This document shows, piece after piece, positions 27,676-42,450 of a stretch of DNA of 64,000 bases (its first letter is position 1; the number at the start of each line of letters is the position of its first letter). Origin of the DNA: Eledone cirrhosa (Eukaryota); assembly GCA_964016885.1 (NCBI GenBank), contig OZ024747.1, forward strand, positions 50,902,001-50,966,000, given 5' to 3'. Both the position numbers and the translations under genes were made by a program. Under the pieces are notes generated by a model. The model saw nothing but the letters and a program-made list of their open reading frames with translations, was not told the origin of the DNA and made no database searches.

Positions 27676-27676
<1 letters not shown>
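27150..27676 (+). mobile_element. RTE-like LINE C-terminal fragment
   Basis: KIRLFIAVV*SVLLYGSET...DGCYTRMLRMAL...LRLAGHAHRHPE...GRGRPR. Confidence 0.8.
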
Positions 27677-27721
<45 letters not shown>

Positions 27722-27727
<6 letters not shown>

Positions 27728-27955
27728 GAGTTAAACGAGATTCAATGAGTACATCAAAGAATGAGATTTACAGTAGATTGGAAGCACTCTACAGTTATAT
27801 TTTCCAGAGTTATTAATAATAATTCAAATATTAACAAAATAGATATTCTTGCGATCAATTAAATTTTATTATACATATTTCAGAGGTACTGAATTAAGTT
27901 CAACAGTATAATAAAATTTAATTGATCGCAAGAATATCTATTTTGTTAATATTTT
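27722..27955. mobile_element. pLTR family C head-to-head pair truncated inside HHR stem II
   Basis: 27829-27874 inverted at 27907-27951. Confidence 0.65.
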
Positions 27956-28030
27956 AATTAATATTATATATATATATATATACATACAATGATATTAAAT
28001 AAATGGAAACTATATTTATAAATCCATATT

Positions 28031-28092
28031 TATTCTATTATATATATTTCAAGTTTATCAAAAATTTTGCTACGCTATCATCAGATAAAATA
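28031..28092 (-). ncRNA. hammerhead ribozyme with decayed stem II (family C)
   Basis: uauuuuau-CUGAUGA...GAAA-uauaua-UA-auagaaua. Confidence 0.55.
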
Positions 28093-28165
28093 CAAAATGT
28101 TTTATAAATATTTGACCTGACCAACAATAATATACTTTAACGGTTCAAGTTATCCCTGGAAAGAT

Positions 28166-28291
<126 letters not shown>

Positions 28292-28827
28292 GCTACAAAA
28301 GTAGCGTTAATGATAATCCATCCTCAGTATTCAGATGAAATGGAACATTGAGCGGAGTTCTTTGAAGTTTCACCTGTACTTGATTGATTTACATGTTACG
28401 TAAATCTTGCCATAAATTCCTTGGCTGCTAGGCTTGCGCAGTTATTGGGGATATCATCGGATTGTATGTGTGTGGCTCTATATATCACAGTTAGTGGGTG
28501 GTCGGAAACCCTTAATATACATTTAATGGGGTTTCGGCCGTCGCAAATTGGTGCTGAAGTGGGAATCACTGTCAGTACCAATCCGTTTTCTTTTGTAGCT
28601 TGCGATTGCGGAAGCAATTTTATCTGCCTAGCTTTGAGGTTATATGAATTAAAAACGTTGATGTATTTGACTCTGCATTAATATATTATTCTACCGTCAA
28701 AACATTTCAATTAATATTAACTTGAACGCTGTTCTGGATTAGGTGAATTGAATAGGAGAGAATTAAAATTCCCGGTTCAACTGGAGTTATACACACTCTC
28801 TCTCATACACACACACTCACTCACACA

Positions 28828-28879
<52 letters not shown>

Positions 28880-29150
28880 CTCACACACATATCTATATAT
28901 AAATATATATATATGAAGACATAAACACACACCCATGCACACACATATATATATATATATGTATATATACATATTTGTGTATCCATAAATGCACACCTGC
29001 ATATATATATATGTTTGTATGAGTGTGTGTGCGTGTGTATGTATGTATGTGTCTATATCTATAGATATCTCTATCTATCTGTTTATCGATTTATCTATCT
29101 ATCTGTTTATCGATTTATCTATCTATATATCCATATGTATGTATGTATGT

Positions 29151-31298
29151 GATCCTATCATATCAATGAGAATTCTTCTGATGTACAATCGCTACCTTAC
29201 CATTGTCAGTGTATATGCCGCGGCGATGAAGTCTAATGAAGACGAGAAACTCGCCTTTTACATGTCTCTGAAGGAACTTGTCCAAAAGATTTCTTCAGCA
29301 GACAAAATGTTCATACTTGGTGATTTCAACGCACGCATTTGCAGGGACTATGAGACTTGGGATGTGATCGGCAGACATGGCATAGGGAAATGTAACAGAA
29401 ATGGTCTCCTCTTGTTACAGATGTGTGTGGTGTTAGATTTGTTCATTGCAAGCACGATGTTCCAGCAAAAGGCTAAGTTCAAGACAACATGGATGCACTC
29501 TGGATCGAAAGAGTGGCATCTAAACGACTTTGTTCTTGTGAGGAAATGTGACATGCAGGAAGTATAGGACAGACCATCTTCTGGTGTGCGCCAAGGCAGA
29601 CTTCATGATTAAACCTCAAACAAGAGCAAATGGTGTCAATATTCCAAAACGCTTGAATATAGATCGTATGAAAGATGGGGATTTCAAGGAAGAGCTGTGT
29701 CACAGGCTTGAAAGCATTGATTGTGCGAACAACTGGAATGACTTCAGGAGCTCGGTCTATGATGCTTCAGCAGAGGTCCTTGGCTTTGTTACAAGAAAAC
29801 GCAATGACTGTTTTGATGAGAATGGCAAGGAGGTGAAGGCACTGCTGGACAGAAAACAAAAGGCATTCGATGCAGTTCTTAAAGGTGGTAGCTCTGTTGG
29901 TGACAATTATAAGTGTTACAGACAGGTAAAGAAGGAGGTTAAACTCAGGACCATGCAAAATACCTCGTGGAGCAACAAATCAGATGAAGTTCAAGCAGCA
30001 TCTGATGGCAATAATGTGAAACTGCTGCACACTATACTCAGAGAAGTGTATGGCCTTTTCAGCTCACCAGCAACACCTTTGAGATCGAAAGATGGCAAGC
30101 AGTTCCTGCGCAATCCAAAAGACATACTCGACATGCAAGCACGTAGGTATTAACATCTATAATCATAGGGGTTTGGTATGCAGATGACTGCGATCTATTT
30201 GTACACTCACGAAGTGACATGCAGCATATTATGAACTCTTTTTCTGAAGCTTGCAGCGCTTTGGGCCTCATCGTAAGCTGGGGAAAACTGTTGTGATATA
30301 CCAGTCAGCACCTGGGACAGAATACACTACACCAAGTGTTTAGGTGTACGGAAAGAGACTAAAAGTTGCTGACAAGTTTGTTTACCTTGGCAGCATGTTG
30401 AACAATTCCTGCATACTTGATGATGAGATATCCTTAATTATCAAGAGAGCCAGTGATGCATTTGGACGGCTAAATGAACGTTTGTGGTCCAGATGAGGTA
30501 TCACCATTGAAACCAAGGTAAAGGTATATCTGACTTGTGTCCTCACCCCTTTGCTTTATACTTGTCACATACAGAAAGCACCTTAAGGAACTGGAGAGGT
30601 TTCACCAACAATCTCTTCGTAAGATACTCGGGGTGCGATGGAAAATGTTCGCCAGCGATTTGGAAGTTCTCAAACGAAACAGGTGCATGTGTATACAGAG
30701 CATGATCTTTTGACATCGTTGAGGTGGGGCGGTCATGTGGTGCGGATACCTGATGTTCGTATTCCAAAGCAACTTCTCAACGGTGAACTGTGTGAATGAA
30801 GGGGACCACCACATAAACCAAAAATGCGGTACCGGGACTGTGTCAGGGGCACTTTTGTCTGAGCTTTAATTTCTTATGACGACTGGGAGAAAATGGCTGA
30901 GGAGCGTGTGAAGTGGAGACGCTTCATCATATTAGGAAGTGATCACTTTGAAGCTCGTCGAAGGGAACACCAAACACTGAAAAAGAAGGTGAGCAAATCT
31001 GGTCTGATAAGACATGAACAAAGTCATGTCAGTAGATCTCTTGTAGATTGCGAGCAGGATGATCTGTAAAGGTGTATGGAATGTGGCAAGTAGTGTACAA
31101 GCACGGGAGGTCTTAAAAGACATATGACAACGCACAGACAGAACTAAGCAGTTGAAAGCCGCAGAGGAGTCTACAGTTGCCATGTATGTGTCAGAGGGTC
31201 CAAGTCTCTTGCTGGTTTAATGAGCCACATTCGTGCCTCACATATTTGAGCATTTTATCAGGCGATGCCAATGAAGGAACACGAGTTTGCGGCTATCT
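29151..31298 (+). mobile_element. RTE-BovB-like LINE, 5'-truncated, internally deleted pseudogene (APE, RT remnant, C2H2 fingers)
   Basis: IVSVYA, ILGDFNARI, GIGKCNRNGLLLL, TTWMH..EWHLNDFVLVR; YADDC at about 30177; C-terminal CHVC..SLAGLMSHIRASH. Confidence 0.9.
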
Positions 31299-31312
31299 TA
31301 TATATTTGTATG

Positions 31313-32799
31313 TTCTTCTGGTTTTATAATTTTATAAATGTTTGCCAATAGAGAGATAGAGTCGGTTTTTAACATAGAAACAAGAATCTCTCATTGGAAT
31401 TTACACAACATCAACTAGGTAGATATGTATATCTGCATGCATGTATGTGTGTGCAGTTATGGATGATTTTATGTGTGGATGTGGATGTTTTGAGTTATAT
31501 GTGTGCATGTGTATATGCTTTGTGTCTCTACACATGTACATGGAGATATTAGATGCAGAATGTTTGGAATGTTTTACATACTTTTACTGTTCCATTAATG
31601 GATTGTACTTTTAATTTCCTAACTAGTCATGGTCTTTCTGTTTCTGTGAAGCCCAGCTTCTCAAGATTTGTATTGAGGCAATTACTAACATATCCCAGTG
31701 CCCCAATAATCACAGGTATAAATCTGAAGGTGTAATCAGGGTGGAGTATCTGCAGATTGCTCATTAGTTCTGCATAGATATTCTCCTTTTCGCTAATCTT
31801 TGATATTATATTGGCATCTGCTGGGCAGCTAACTTCCACTACTGTGTATACCTTCTTTTTCCTGTACCATATTATAATATCTGGTCTGTTATGCCTGCAT
31901 TTTATTGGGGTTTTGACTGGAACATTCCACCAGTACTCTTTCATATTATGTATATGTATGTCTTCCACATTGCTGTAGCTTTTAATGTGTTTATTATCGG
32001 GGCTAACATTTCTACGGATTGCATTGTATACTGTTTGGGCCACTACATCATGCCTCATAGGTAGATAGTACCGTAATGACATCTTTGGACAGCTGCTTAT
32101 GATATGGGTGACATCTTTGATGTTAATCCTGCAGCATTTGCACTTGTATCTAGGGGTTTTGTCTGCATCCCTATCTCTTTTGTGAATCGGGTATTTTGTG
32201 TTGATTTCCTTTCCTTGGATTGCAAAATCATATCCTTCAAAGATGGAGCCAATATAGCAGTTGTTGGTCCAAGATAGAGTACTTTGCTGATCTATATTAC
32301 TCTCACTCTGGAACTTCCTGGCAACATGTCTATGCATGATTTTTTGCTCATAGGCATGCAGTTTTTCATCCTTGAATTCACTGCGGTACTGCTGGGCAAT
32401 TTCCCTGGGTGTGAGGTTTTGATTATCATGCAGGGAGTATATTTCAAGGAGTTCCTTCCCAACTCTCATGATCTTATCTGTCTCAGGCAGACTTGCTCAA
32501 TAAATGTGCTCCTACACTTGTCGGGGGGATATGATGCGACACTCAAACGCTGTCTGGACTGATTGATGTTAGGCGTCTGCCTCCCTGCTTACGTTTCAAG
32601 GAGAGGCGGTCTATGTCACTGTTGATGTGGAAGTTTCCGGTGTTTAGAATTTTTCGAGTTTTGACATCAATTGTCGGAATTCGTCTATCGTCTAATCGAG
32701 TATTCCAAACGTTGGTGTTAGGACAGAGACGGCAATCTCATTGTGAACCATTGTTTTATTGTGCGCAGAGAGTTCCGATGACGACATTTTTCTTAATCT
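31313..32799 (-). mobile_element. R4/Dong-like LINE 3' fragment, family B (ORF piece 31627-32469)
   Basis: [63 protein letters not shown]. Confidence 0.85.
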
Positions 32800-32946
32800 T
32801 GTATGTATATATGGACTTATGTACGTATGTATGCATGTATGCATGTATGTATGCATGCATGCATGTATGTACATATGTATGTATATATGCATGTATATAT
32901 ATATATGTATATATATTATATATATATATATATGTGTGTGTGTATA

Positions 32947-32988
<42 letters not shown>

Positions 32989-33002
32989 TGTGTGTATATT
33001 TG

Positions 33003-33034
<32 letters not shown>

Positions 33035-33061
33035 TAAATATGTGTGTGTATATATATGTAC

Positions 33062-33112
<51 letters not shown>

Positions 33113-33143
33113 TATATAAATATGTGTGTGTATATATATGTAC

Positions 33144-33178
<35 letters not shown>

Positions 33179-33826
33179 CAACCACATGTACATTTATATC
33201 TATATGTATGAATATATATGCGTGCCCGTGTGCGTGTAAATATAATCGTGTATTCATATGGTAGATGTATATAAAGATGCTGGAGAGAAAGTGAGAGAGA
33301 AACAGACCAGGTGATGTACTACATACATATGAGCGTATTTAAAGTCAGACATAAAAACTAAGAGAACACAAATTCCTCCGATATATCTGTATAAATATAT
33401 GCATACATACAATCAAAGATAAGCTTACACATATCCATATACACATACACATATTTACATATGAGTATGTGTATGTGTTCCTCTCACTCTCACATATGTA
33501 TATGTAGGAAAGAGTGGAAAAGATGCATTTTTCATCAATTTGACTAACGTAAACTAAAATCGTACCGGAAATAGATTAAATAAAAAAAAGTATATATCTA
33601 AACTATAGTGAATTGAAAGGGGAGGTAATAATTTAGTAATGGACGAGTAGCAAGAAAGAAAGTTCGCCATATTTTTCAATTATCTTCAAAATGAACTTAA
33701 TACATTACACTTTTATGTACAGGCTCAGAAATCAAAGGGTGTATGTACATGTATGTATGTAAATACATATATATATATATATGTATGAATTTAAATATGT
33801 ATGTATAAATACATACATACACACAC

Positions 33827-33877
<51 letters not shown>

Positions 33878-34209
33878 CTTGTGTATATGTGTGTGTGTAT
33901 GTATGTGAGTGTGTGTATATGTTTGTGTGTGTGTGGGTGTGTGTGTGTGTCACTGAATCTTTGTATGTCATGTCAATTTTCAAGAATGGTCAGAAGTTGT
34001 AGAATTTTTTCAACCTGTTTTTCCTTACCATTGTCTTCAGTGTCTTTAATTGGAAGAATATTCTATTGAAGATTACATATCAGTTTAATTTCACGTATCA
34101 GCGAATTAAACAACAATCACAATAACAACGACGACAATAACAACATCCCCAATGACAACAACAACAACAACGCCAGCAACAAAAAGATGACACTGTACTC
34201 CTCCTTTCT

Positions 34210-34255
<46 letters not shown>

Positions 34256-34387
34256 TCTCTCTCCCCCTCTCTCCCTCTCTCTCTTTCCTTCGCATCCACA
34301 CAGCTGATCTTTCTCGTTCTTGACTGCTAATCTGATTTAAGCATATATATTTGGTTCTAAGAGTATGGCAGTGCCACACACCCACTC

Positions 34388-34481
<94 letters not shown>

Positions 34482-34493
34482 ATATATATATAT

Positions 34494-34534
34494 AAAGCAG
34501 CGATTCTTTGCTTAAACTTTAATCTGTTATTTTA

Positions 34535-34540
<6 letters not shown>
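34494..34540 (+). mobile_element. Penelope pLTR 3' fragment (HHR stem III/I' + AATAAA) in (TA)n; same piece at 59970-60025(-)
   Basis: identical to the reverse complement of about 47641-47687. Confidence 0.65.
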
Positions 34541-34594
<54 letters not shown>

Positions 34595-34632
34595 TACATA
34601 CATATATACACAGATACATAGAGACATACGTG

Positions 34633-34674
<42 letters not shown>

Positions 34675-35382
34675 GATACATACAGGCATACATACAAACA
34701 TATAAGCATACAAGTTTGGAGATATGATTTCTAACTTTAATGCATTGTAATTAAATATATCCATATATTCCGGCATACATGGATACGTATATATATATAG
34801 ACATATATACATACATGCATATATTTATACATACATACATATATTTATACATACATATATTTATACATACATGCATATATTTATACATACATACATATAT
34901 TTATACATACATATATTTATACATACATACATATATAGATACTACATACATATATACAACATACGTACAAACATACACACACTAACACACACACACATAT
35001 ATATATATATATATTATAAATGATAGCAAAATATTCAGTGAATTAACAATGTGAGGGTGTTAAGTACGTCTAGGTATTAAATATTCGTGTTTTTTCATTA
35101 TTTTAATCAACGAAAATAGGATTTTTTTCCATCCTTTTTTTCACGAAAATTGAGTAATTTCTCCTGAGTATAAGTAACTCTCCTACTTTATGTCTCAGTA
35201 CATTTGTCTGTATGTACGTATGTATGTATGTATGTATGTATGTATGTATGTATGTATGTATGTATGTATGTATGTATGTATGTATGTATGTATGTATGTA
35301 TGTATGTATGTATTCATATGTTTCTATGTTTGTATGAATGTATGTACGTAAGTGTGTATATGTTTATATGTATGTATGTATG

Positions 35383-36120
35383 TTCCACTTTCTCTTAATT
35401 TCGAGTAAATTTTTGACAGGCCACCTTCCTGGTGGCAAGGTTGTAACAGAAATGAAATTGGCATCCTTTGAATCACAAGAATGTTTTGCAAATTTTGAAG
35501 GTGCCAGCTGTCGCAGCCATTTGTAGTCTATTAATTAGGGAGCTGCGTTCTTTGTCCTCAAATCCAAGCTCAGTTATACTTTCGTCCAATCGGGTTGGTA
35601 TATAACCCGTAGCTCCAAATGTGATGTGTATGAAGCTGAAGGTGTATCTTTGATACTGGATCTGCAAACTCCTCATCAATGGTCCGTAGATGTCCTCCTT
35701 CTCCTGTATTTTTCTTACAACGATGACTTGAAGTGGGCAGCTGATATCTGCAACAGAGCACGATTTCAATGTGTGGTCCCAAATAACAATATCAGGCCGG
35801 TTGTGCTATAATTTGGTGGCAGTTTTTATTTTCAGGTTCCACCAATAATCTTTACTGTCATCTATCTCAACATATTCCTCCTCATTTGTTTTTAATTTCG
35901 TTTCCCTAAGTGCATCCCAGTTGGCAACAATATGGCTAGCATCTTCGTTCTTTGTTTTACAAAGCCTACATTTATTGTCGTCCGGTGGCTCTCCTCTTTT
36001 TTGTAGTAGAAATTTGGTAGGAATTTTTTGTTCCTGTATTGCGTGGCGATATCCTTCAAAGTGGGATGTCATAAACTTGTCGGAATTCCATGCCAGGCTT
36101 TTTGAATGACTTATATCTTT
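35383..36120 (-). mobile_element. R4/Dong-like LINE 3' fragment, family A, in (TATG)n
   Basis: AIQEQKIPTKF..CRLC..; homologous to the 24078 copy. Confidence 0.8.
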
Positions 36121-36199
36121 ATGTATGTATGTATGTATGTATGTATGTATGTATGTATGTATGTATGTATGTATGTATGTATGTATGTATGTATGTATG

Positions 36200-36445
36200 T
36201 TCTTCTGGTTTTATAATTTCACAAAGTTTTACCAATAGAGAGAGAGTCGGTTTCTAACAAAGACACAAGACTCTCTCATTGGAATTTACACAACATCAAC
36301 TAGGTAGATATGTATGCATGTCTGCATGCATGTATGTGTAGATATGGATGTTATTGTATGTGTGGATGTGGATGTTTTGAGTTGTATGTGTGCATGTGTA
36401 TATGCTTTGTATCTGTACATGTGTATATGCAGTTATTAGATGCAA
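36200..36445 (-). mobile_element. R4/Dong-like family B 3'UTR only, in (TATG)n
   Basis: matches 31313-31556. Confidence 0.75.
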
Positions 36446-36524
36446 ATGTATGTATGTATGTATGTATGTATGTATGTATGTATGTATGTATGTATGTATG
36501 TATGTATGTATGTATGTATGTATG

Positions 36525-36733
36525 TCGGAGTTATCCCACTAGTTACCGCTGATGTTGATCTTTTCGGGTTATAGCTACTGTCGCTCAGAGAGTGGGATTG
36601 GCTCAGTGCCCAGTCTTTCCTCACTTTAAAAAATATCTTCACGCACAGGCATTGCACGATAGAATTAATAAATAATTATTAATAATGGTATATCGTGCAA
36701 TGGCCATACTCGATAACGAGGGGGCAGCCATCA
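36525..36733 (+). mobile_element. RTE-derived non-autonomous fragment
   Basis: agagagtgggattggc..cacaggcattgc shared with the 3771-4235 element; 3' ggccatactcgataacgag..gcagccatc(atgt)n. Confidence 0.5.
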
Positions 36734-36759
36734 TGTATGCATGTATGTATGTATGTAGG

Positions 36760-37504
36760 TTCTTCTGGTTTTATAATTTCACAAATTTTTGCCAAAGGAG
36801 AGAGAGTCGGTTTCTAACACAGTTACAAGACTCTCTCATTGGAATTTACACATCAACTAGGTAGATTTGTATGCATGTCTGCATGCATGCATGTGTAAAT
36901 ATGGATGTTATTGTAAGTGTGGATGCGTATGTTTTGAGTTGTATGTGTGCATGTGTATATGCTTAGTATCTGCACATATGTATATGCAGTTATTAGATGC
37001 AACATTTTTGGAATGTTTTACATATTTTTACTGTTCCATTAATGGATTGTACTTGTAATTTCCTAACTAGTTGTGTTCTTTCTGTTCCTGTGAAGCCCAG
37101 CTTCTCAAGATTTGTATTGAGGCAGTTACTAACATATCCCAGTGCCCCAATAATCACAGTCATAAATCTGAAGGTATAACCAGGGTGGAGTATCTGCAGA
37201 TTTCTCATTATTTCTGCATAAATATTCTCCTTTTCGCTAATCTTTGATATTATATTGGCATCTGCTGGGCAGCTAACTTCTACTACTGTGTATGCCTTCT
37301 TTTCCCTGTCCCATATCATAATATCTGGTCTATTATGCCTGCATTTTATTGGGGTTTTTACTGGAACATTTCACCAGTACTCTTTCATATTATGTATATG
37401 TATGTCTTCCACATTGCTGAAGCTTTTAATGTGTTTATTATCGGGGCTATCTTTTCTACGGATTGCATTGTATAGTGTTTGGGCCACTACATCATGCCTA
37501 ATAG
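36760..37504 (-). mobile_element. R4/Dong-like LINE 3' fragment, family B, in (TATG)n
   Basis: RHDVVAQTLY..EYW..RPDIMIWD..VVEVSCP..IIGALG. Confidence 0.85.
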
Positions 37505-38149
37505 GTATGTATGTATGTATGTATGTATGTATGTATGTATGTATGTATGTATGTATGTATGTATGTATGTATGTATGTATGCATGTATGCATGTATGTAT
37601 GTATGTATGTTTGTATTATGTATGAATGAATGTATGTATATATATATATGTATGTATGTATATATCTGCACCTCTATGTGTACAATCAATAAATTGTAAC
37701 ATGTAACTATATTTTTTACTCGTGTATATGAACTCTTATATATGTAATTATATTTATATGTGGTTATATGGCCACATCACAGATTAAACATCATTACATG
37801 TTGTCATAGTTACATCAGTTGTACCTAGATAATTGTAAACTTTCTGGTTTTGTAAAGGCCAACTTCTTAATACTTGGTGAAACAGCTTCTTATACAAACG
37901 TCCCAATAACTATAGTTTTACATCAATGAAAGTATTAAAAGTATTGAAATAATTGTTTCTACTTTAGGCACTGAAATAATAAACAGGAAACATGTGCAGA
38001 AAAAAAAAGAAAAAGACTAATAACTGGGAATCAGACAAATTTTACACCTTAGGTTTCATGGGATATCTCATTTGTGCCTCGTGGACAAGCTGGCATCAGT
38101 TTGGCCGCAGAAAACAACCATCAATAGACGCTGCCCCAATTATTCCATC

Positions 38150-38902
38150 CTACCGGGTTTCTCCCTTGAACATGATGCTTTCTTCCCTATTTAGCGGGAG
38201 TAAACAAAACAAAAACAACAAGAACAAAGCTTTCGATGTGACGGCTGGTAAAGCCACCCAAATATTCAATTTGAACATTTTGAACAGGGATACCAGTTTG
38301 ACACAAGCTCCCAAACTTGTCAAATTGGACAAAGGTAGGGTTTATACCCCGTCTCGCGGTTGAAACCAAACGGTCCGAGACAGCACCTCCTCAGTATGTA
38401 GAAAGATCTGTGAAAACTATATTGCTGGACATCCATCACATAGTTAGAGCCAGGTAATTTAATACTATTTCGGTTCTCTTCAAGGTTGAAGCTCAGGGTG
38501 TAAACAATTTTCTAGTCTCCTGCTGGACAGATAAATTCATACTTTATCTGGTGTAACTGGGAAGAAGGACGCAAAGATAAGGAAACCCGCCAGAGTGGGT
38601 TATCTGGTGGTTCCTGGCCTACGTTATCCTTAAGAAGAGCGACACCCTTTTCGAGGTGAAAGGGACAAAAAGAGAAAAACCAGTCTTGGATCAGTATAGA
38701 GGTACTCTTCCATATCAAACTATAAAAGATAGGAAATATCCCAGATCTTATTCGCTGCTGGAACTCTACATCTTTGTTGAAGGGAAGAAACGTTGTTGCA
38801 ATCTTTATGGGGAGATGGGCCACTTGTGAGCTTTCTGCCCGCAACACAAGGCAGGGAACCATAGGTATTTCCTGCTGCCAACACCAAACACCTAACTGTC
38901 CC

Positions 38903-38939
<37 letters not shown>

Positions 38940-39001
38940 GCGAACAGCAAACAACAATAGCAACTAAGGCACCAACAACAGCGGCAGCAGAGCAGCCTCA
39001 G

Positions 39002-39034
<33 letters not shown>

Positions 39035-39880
39035 ACTCCAACAAAACCACCCAGGCTTTATTTAAGAAAGCTCCCTTTCACACTCGCCGTCTCTCTCTCT
39101 CTCTGTTCTTGCTCTAAACTCACACACAAATCCACAAATCCACTATTGTCCCTGGATTAGCAGTGTTACTGGGTGGGTAGGGGCATTGCCTATTTAAGAT
39201 GAACTCTACAGAGACCGAAGTGCGGTGAGACGGATCTGTCCGAGATGCGCGCAGAGCGAAGAAACTGTTCTGCACGCACTCGTCCCAGTGTCCGTGCATT
39301 AACAAATTGTGGAGTTTTCTCGAAGAGCTTTTATCATGTGTATGATGGCTCCAACTTTTGACTGAAACCATCGTGAAGATCACAGTTTTGTTTGGTGGCT
39401 GTAGCGAAATAGGTTGTGTGGTGAACACAGCTGAAAGGACTGAAGACAGGCACTTTCCTCTTTGGCCAAGACCTCAACAATTTGTTCAAGTTCTACTTTG
39501 AAAGGAGGGTGAAGGAGGTGGGGGAATTGGCGCCCCATCCCCCATCAGTATATTTGATAAAAGATGGAAGAATGTAGCGTGAATGGCTCGTGTGTGAATG
39601 GGCCTATTCTGACCATGTGCCTGTATGCTGACTAATTTGGAGATGGGCACCTTCCAAGTGTGCTCTTGGAGCTGTGGATGGTTTGGCATTGATGGGGTTC
39701 CTGAGTCACCCCTGGTTGATATTACCTCTATTTGGGAATTTTCATTGTTGCAATTCTTTTGTTTCTTATTGTTTAATATTCTTTTTACTCGATTTTATTG
39801 TAAACCCCCACTGCCCATGTCCTTTGGTATTGTCCCCTATATGTTGGCCTGTGTGGATAATTAAGAAACAACTATTATTA
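38150..39880 (+). mobile_element. old internally deleted L1/Tx1-like element: ORF1 remnant, ORF2 C-terminal zinc finger, 3'UTR
   Basis: 38761 frame: IFVEGKKRC-CNLYGEMGHL*AFCP (decayed CCHC); 39180-39390: GALPI*DELYR..ICPRCAQSEETVLHAL..CP..LW, matching the 61797 ORF end; similar 3'UTR. Confidence 0.65.
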
Positions 39881-39888
39881 TTATTATT

Positions 39889-40480
39889 GGCGGTTAATTG
39901 GCAGTATCAGTAGAGGGTCGGACGCATAGAGTTACGGCCCTTGTCATTCTGAGTTCAAATCCCGCCGAGGTTAACTTTGCCTTTCATCCTTATGCCGTCG
40001 ATAAAATAAAGTACCAGTAATACACTGGGTAATTGCTGGCCTTGTGCCAAAAATAGAAACAATTATTATTATTGGCGGTTAATTGGCAGTATCGGTAGAG
40101 GGTTGGACGCCATGCTTTCTAGCATAGTTACGTCCCTTTATGGTCTGAGTTCAAATCCCGTCGAGGTTAACTTTGCCTTTCATCCTTACGGGGTCGATAA
40201 AATAAAGTACCAGTAATGTACTGGGTCATTGCTGGCCTTGTGCCTAAAGTAGAAACAATTGTTATTGGATTGGCAGTATCGTTGGAGCGTAGAAACATAT
40301 GCTTTGTGGCATAGAGTTATGGCCCCTTGCGTTCTGAGATCAAATCCCACCGAGGTTAGCTTTGCCTTTCATCCTTAAGGGGTCGATAAAATAAAATACC
40401 AGTCACACACTGGGGTGGATTAAATCGACTTTCCCCTACCCCAAAATTGCTGGCCTTGTGTCTATATAAGAAACCATTAT
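39889..40480 (+). mobile_element. three head-to-tail SINE copies (39889-40070, 40074-40266, 40267-40480)
   Basis: similarity to SINE consensus. Confidence 0.85.
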
Positions 40481-40851
40481 TATTGCTATTCTTATTTGCT
40501 TTAGCTTTTATTCCGTTCGTGCTTTCATTGATCTTGTTATGGTGTTGTTATATATTTGGTTTTGTTGTTGTTGTTATTGTTGTTATTGTATGTGTTGTTG
40601 TTATTGCTGTTATTTCAGGTGTTGTTGGTTTTTGTTGCTATTGTAGGTGTTGTTGTTGCTGTTGTATGTGTTGTTGTTGTTATTCTATGTGTTATTATTA
40701 TTATTGTATGTGTTGTTATTGTTATTGTTGTTATTGTATGTGTTGTTATTGTTGTTATAGTTGTTATCGTTATTGGTTTCCAATCGTACAACGAATCCTC
40801 TTCACTTTAGGTAAGTCTATTAACGTCATGGTGTCAATTCTGGGGTGGAGC

Positions 40852-40919
<68 letters not shown>

Positions 40920-41762
40920 TGAAAGATAGATAGATTGATAGAAATAGAGTGAGAGAGCGAGAGAGAGGGGTTGGAGTAATAAAGAGAGAAAGTGTGCTAT
41001 ATGAATACGAAAAGAAAACAAAGAAAACGAATATAAAGAAAATGAGAAAAAGAAGAAAAGGTGAAGGAAAAAACGAAATAGAATTAAGAGGAATGAGGAA
41101 GGGAGAAGGTGGGGGAATCAGAAAGAACTTAGTAATGAGCATGCGCAGTATACAGAAGCGAAAATAGAAAGAAAGAATGAAGCGGAAAGAAAGAAAGGGA
41201 ACAAGAACGAGATAAGACGAAGGAGAGAAGGAGAAAATAGTAGCTGAAAGGGAGAATGTGAAAGTGGGAAGAAGAGAGAAATGACAAAGTATAAAAGAGA
41301 AGGAGCAAACGAAGAGAAAAAACGATTTTGATTTCTTTCTCATTCTTCCGTAAATCGTTCTCTCTGAAAATAAGAAAAATACGAAACAAAGAAAGAACAG
41401 AGAAAGTATAAAAGAAAAGAAGGAGGGAAAAAGAAGGTAATAAATAAAATAAGAATGAATAAAGAAATATAATGAAATAAAAGATATAAAATGAATGGTG
41501 AACGGAAATCTTTAAGGTATTGATGAAGTGGTGAGTACAAAGGACAGTTTTCTTGGATGTAGGAGAGTAAGTAGCCACACACACACACATACACACACAT
41601 ACACACACACACACACATACATATATAAAAAGAAAGGAAGGTAAAAGTAACGTAAAAGCCACCCGAAACAAGTTGAATCTACAATTGAATTATTTCATGA
41701 TATACACAAAAATGGTGATGAGAGTAAACTACTAAAATGATACACAAGCTTCATGGTTTAGC

Positions 41763-41807
<45 letters not shown>

Positions 41808-42450
41808 AAACGCATATATGCTTATACATATATTATTTTCTCGAACATTCCACAAGAAGAAAGTCCAAGAGGCGGTTTTGTTCTTCAGTCGTAACCATTT
41901 CTGTTCACTTATTTTTATTTACTGCCCTTGAGAAAGATTCCAGCTTTCTAATTTTCCTCATGTATAATTCCGAAACCTTGAGCTAACATGAAAAAATGCA
42001 CAAACAAAATATCAATGCTGAGAACTTTGTAGTCATAGAAAATAATTCATAAAACTACAAGCCATATTTCTAGTCTAAATCTGTGTATTTTCCTGGTTAT
42101 GTGTGCTTATAATAACATCGAAGGTGAATGGATTATTGGTAAGGTTGCTCGGCCAACCATCGTAACGTCTTGATTACGATTCCTTAATTGGGTGCTGCCT
42201 TGAATCCTTGAGCAAGATACTTGATTTTCCAGTTGATCAAGTTTACTTACCTGAAAAGTAAAATAAGAAAGAATTATGAGGAAAGTGCTGCAAAACTCTA
42301 TCTACTATTGTCTTTCCCTTGGACAATATCGGTACCAAGGAGAGCGGGGACTTGCATGAATGAGTGGTTGCTCGTCTTCCACACATTTTGCTCAGGTTTG
42401 TGACTTGGAGAGGAATTTCCAGTATCCAAACCCATGACTTAAAGGGGCCA

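Noticed and set aside
40761-40816. candidate exon ending at a perfect AG|GTAAGT donor
   Set aside because: single motif expected by chance in 64 kb; upstream is microsatellite
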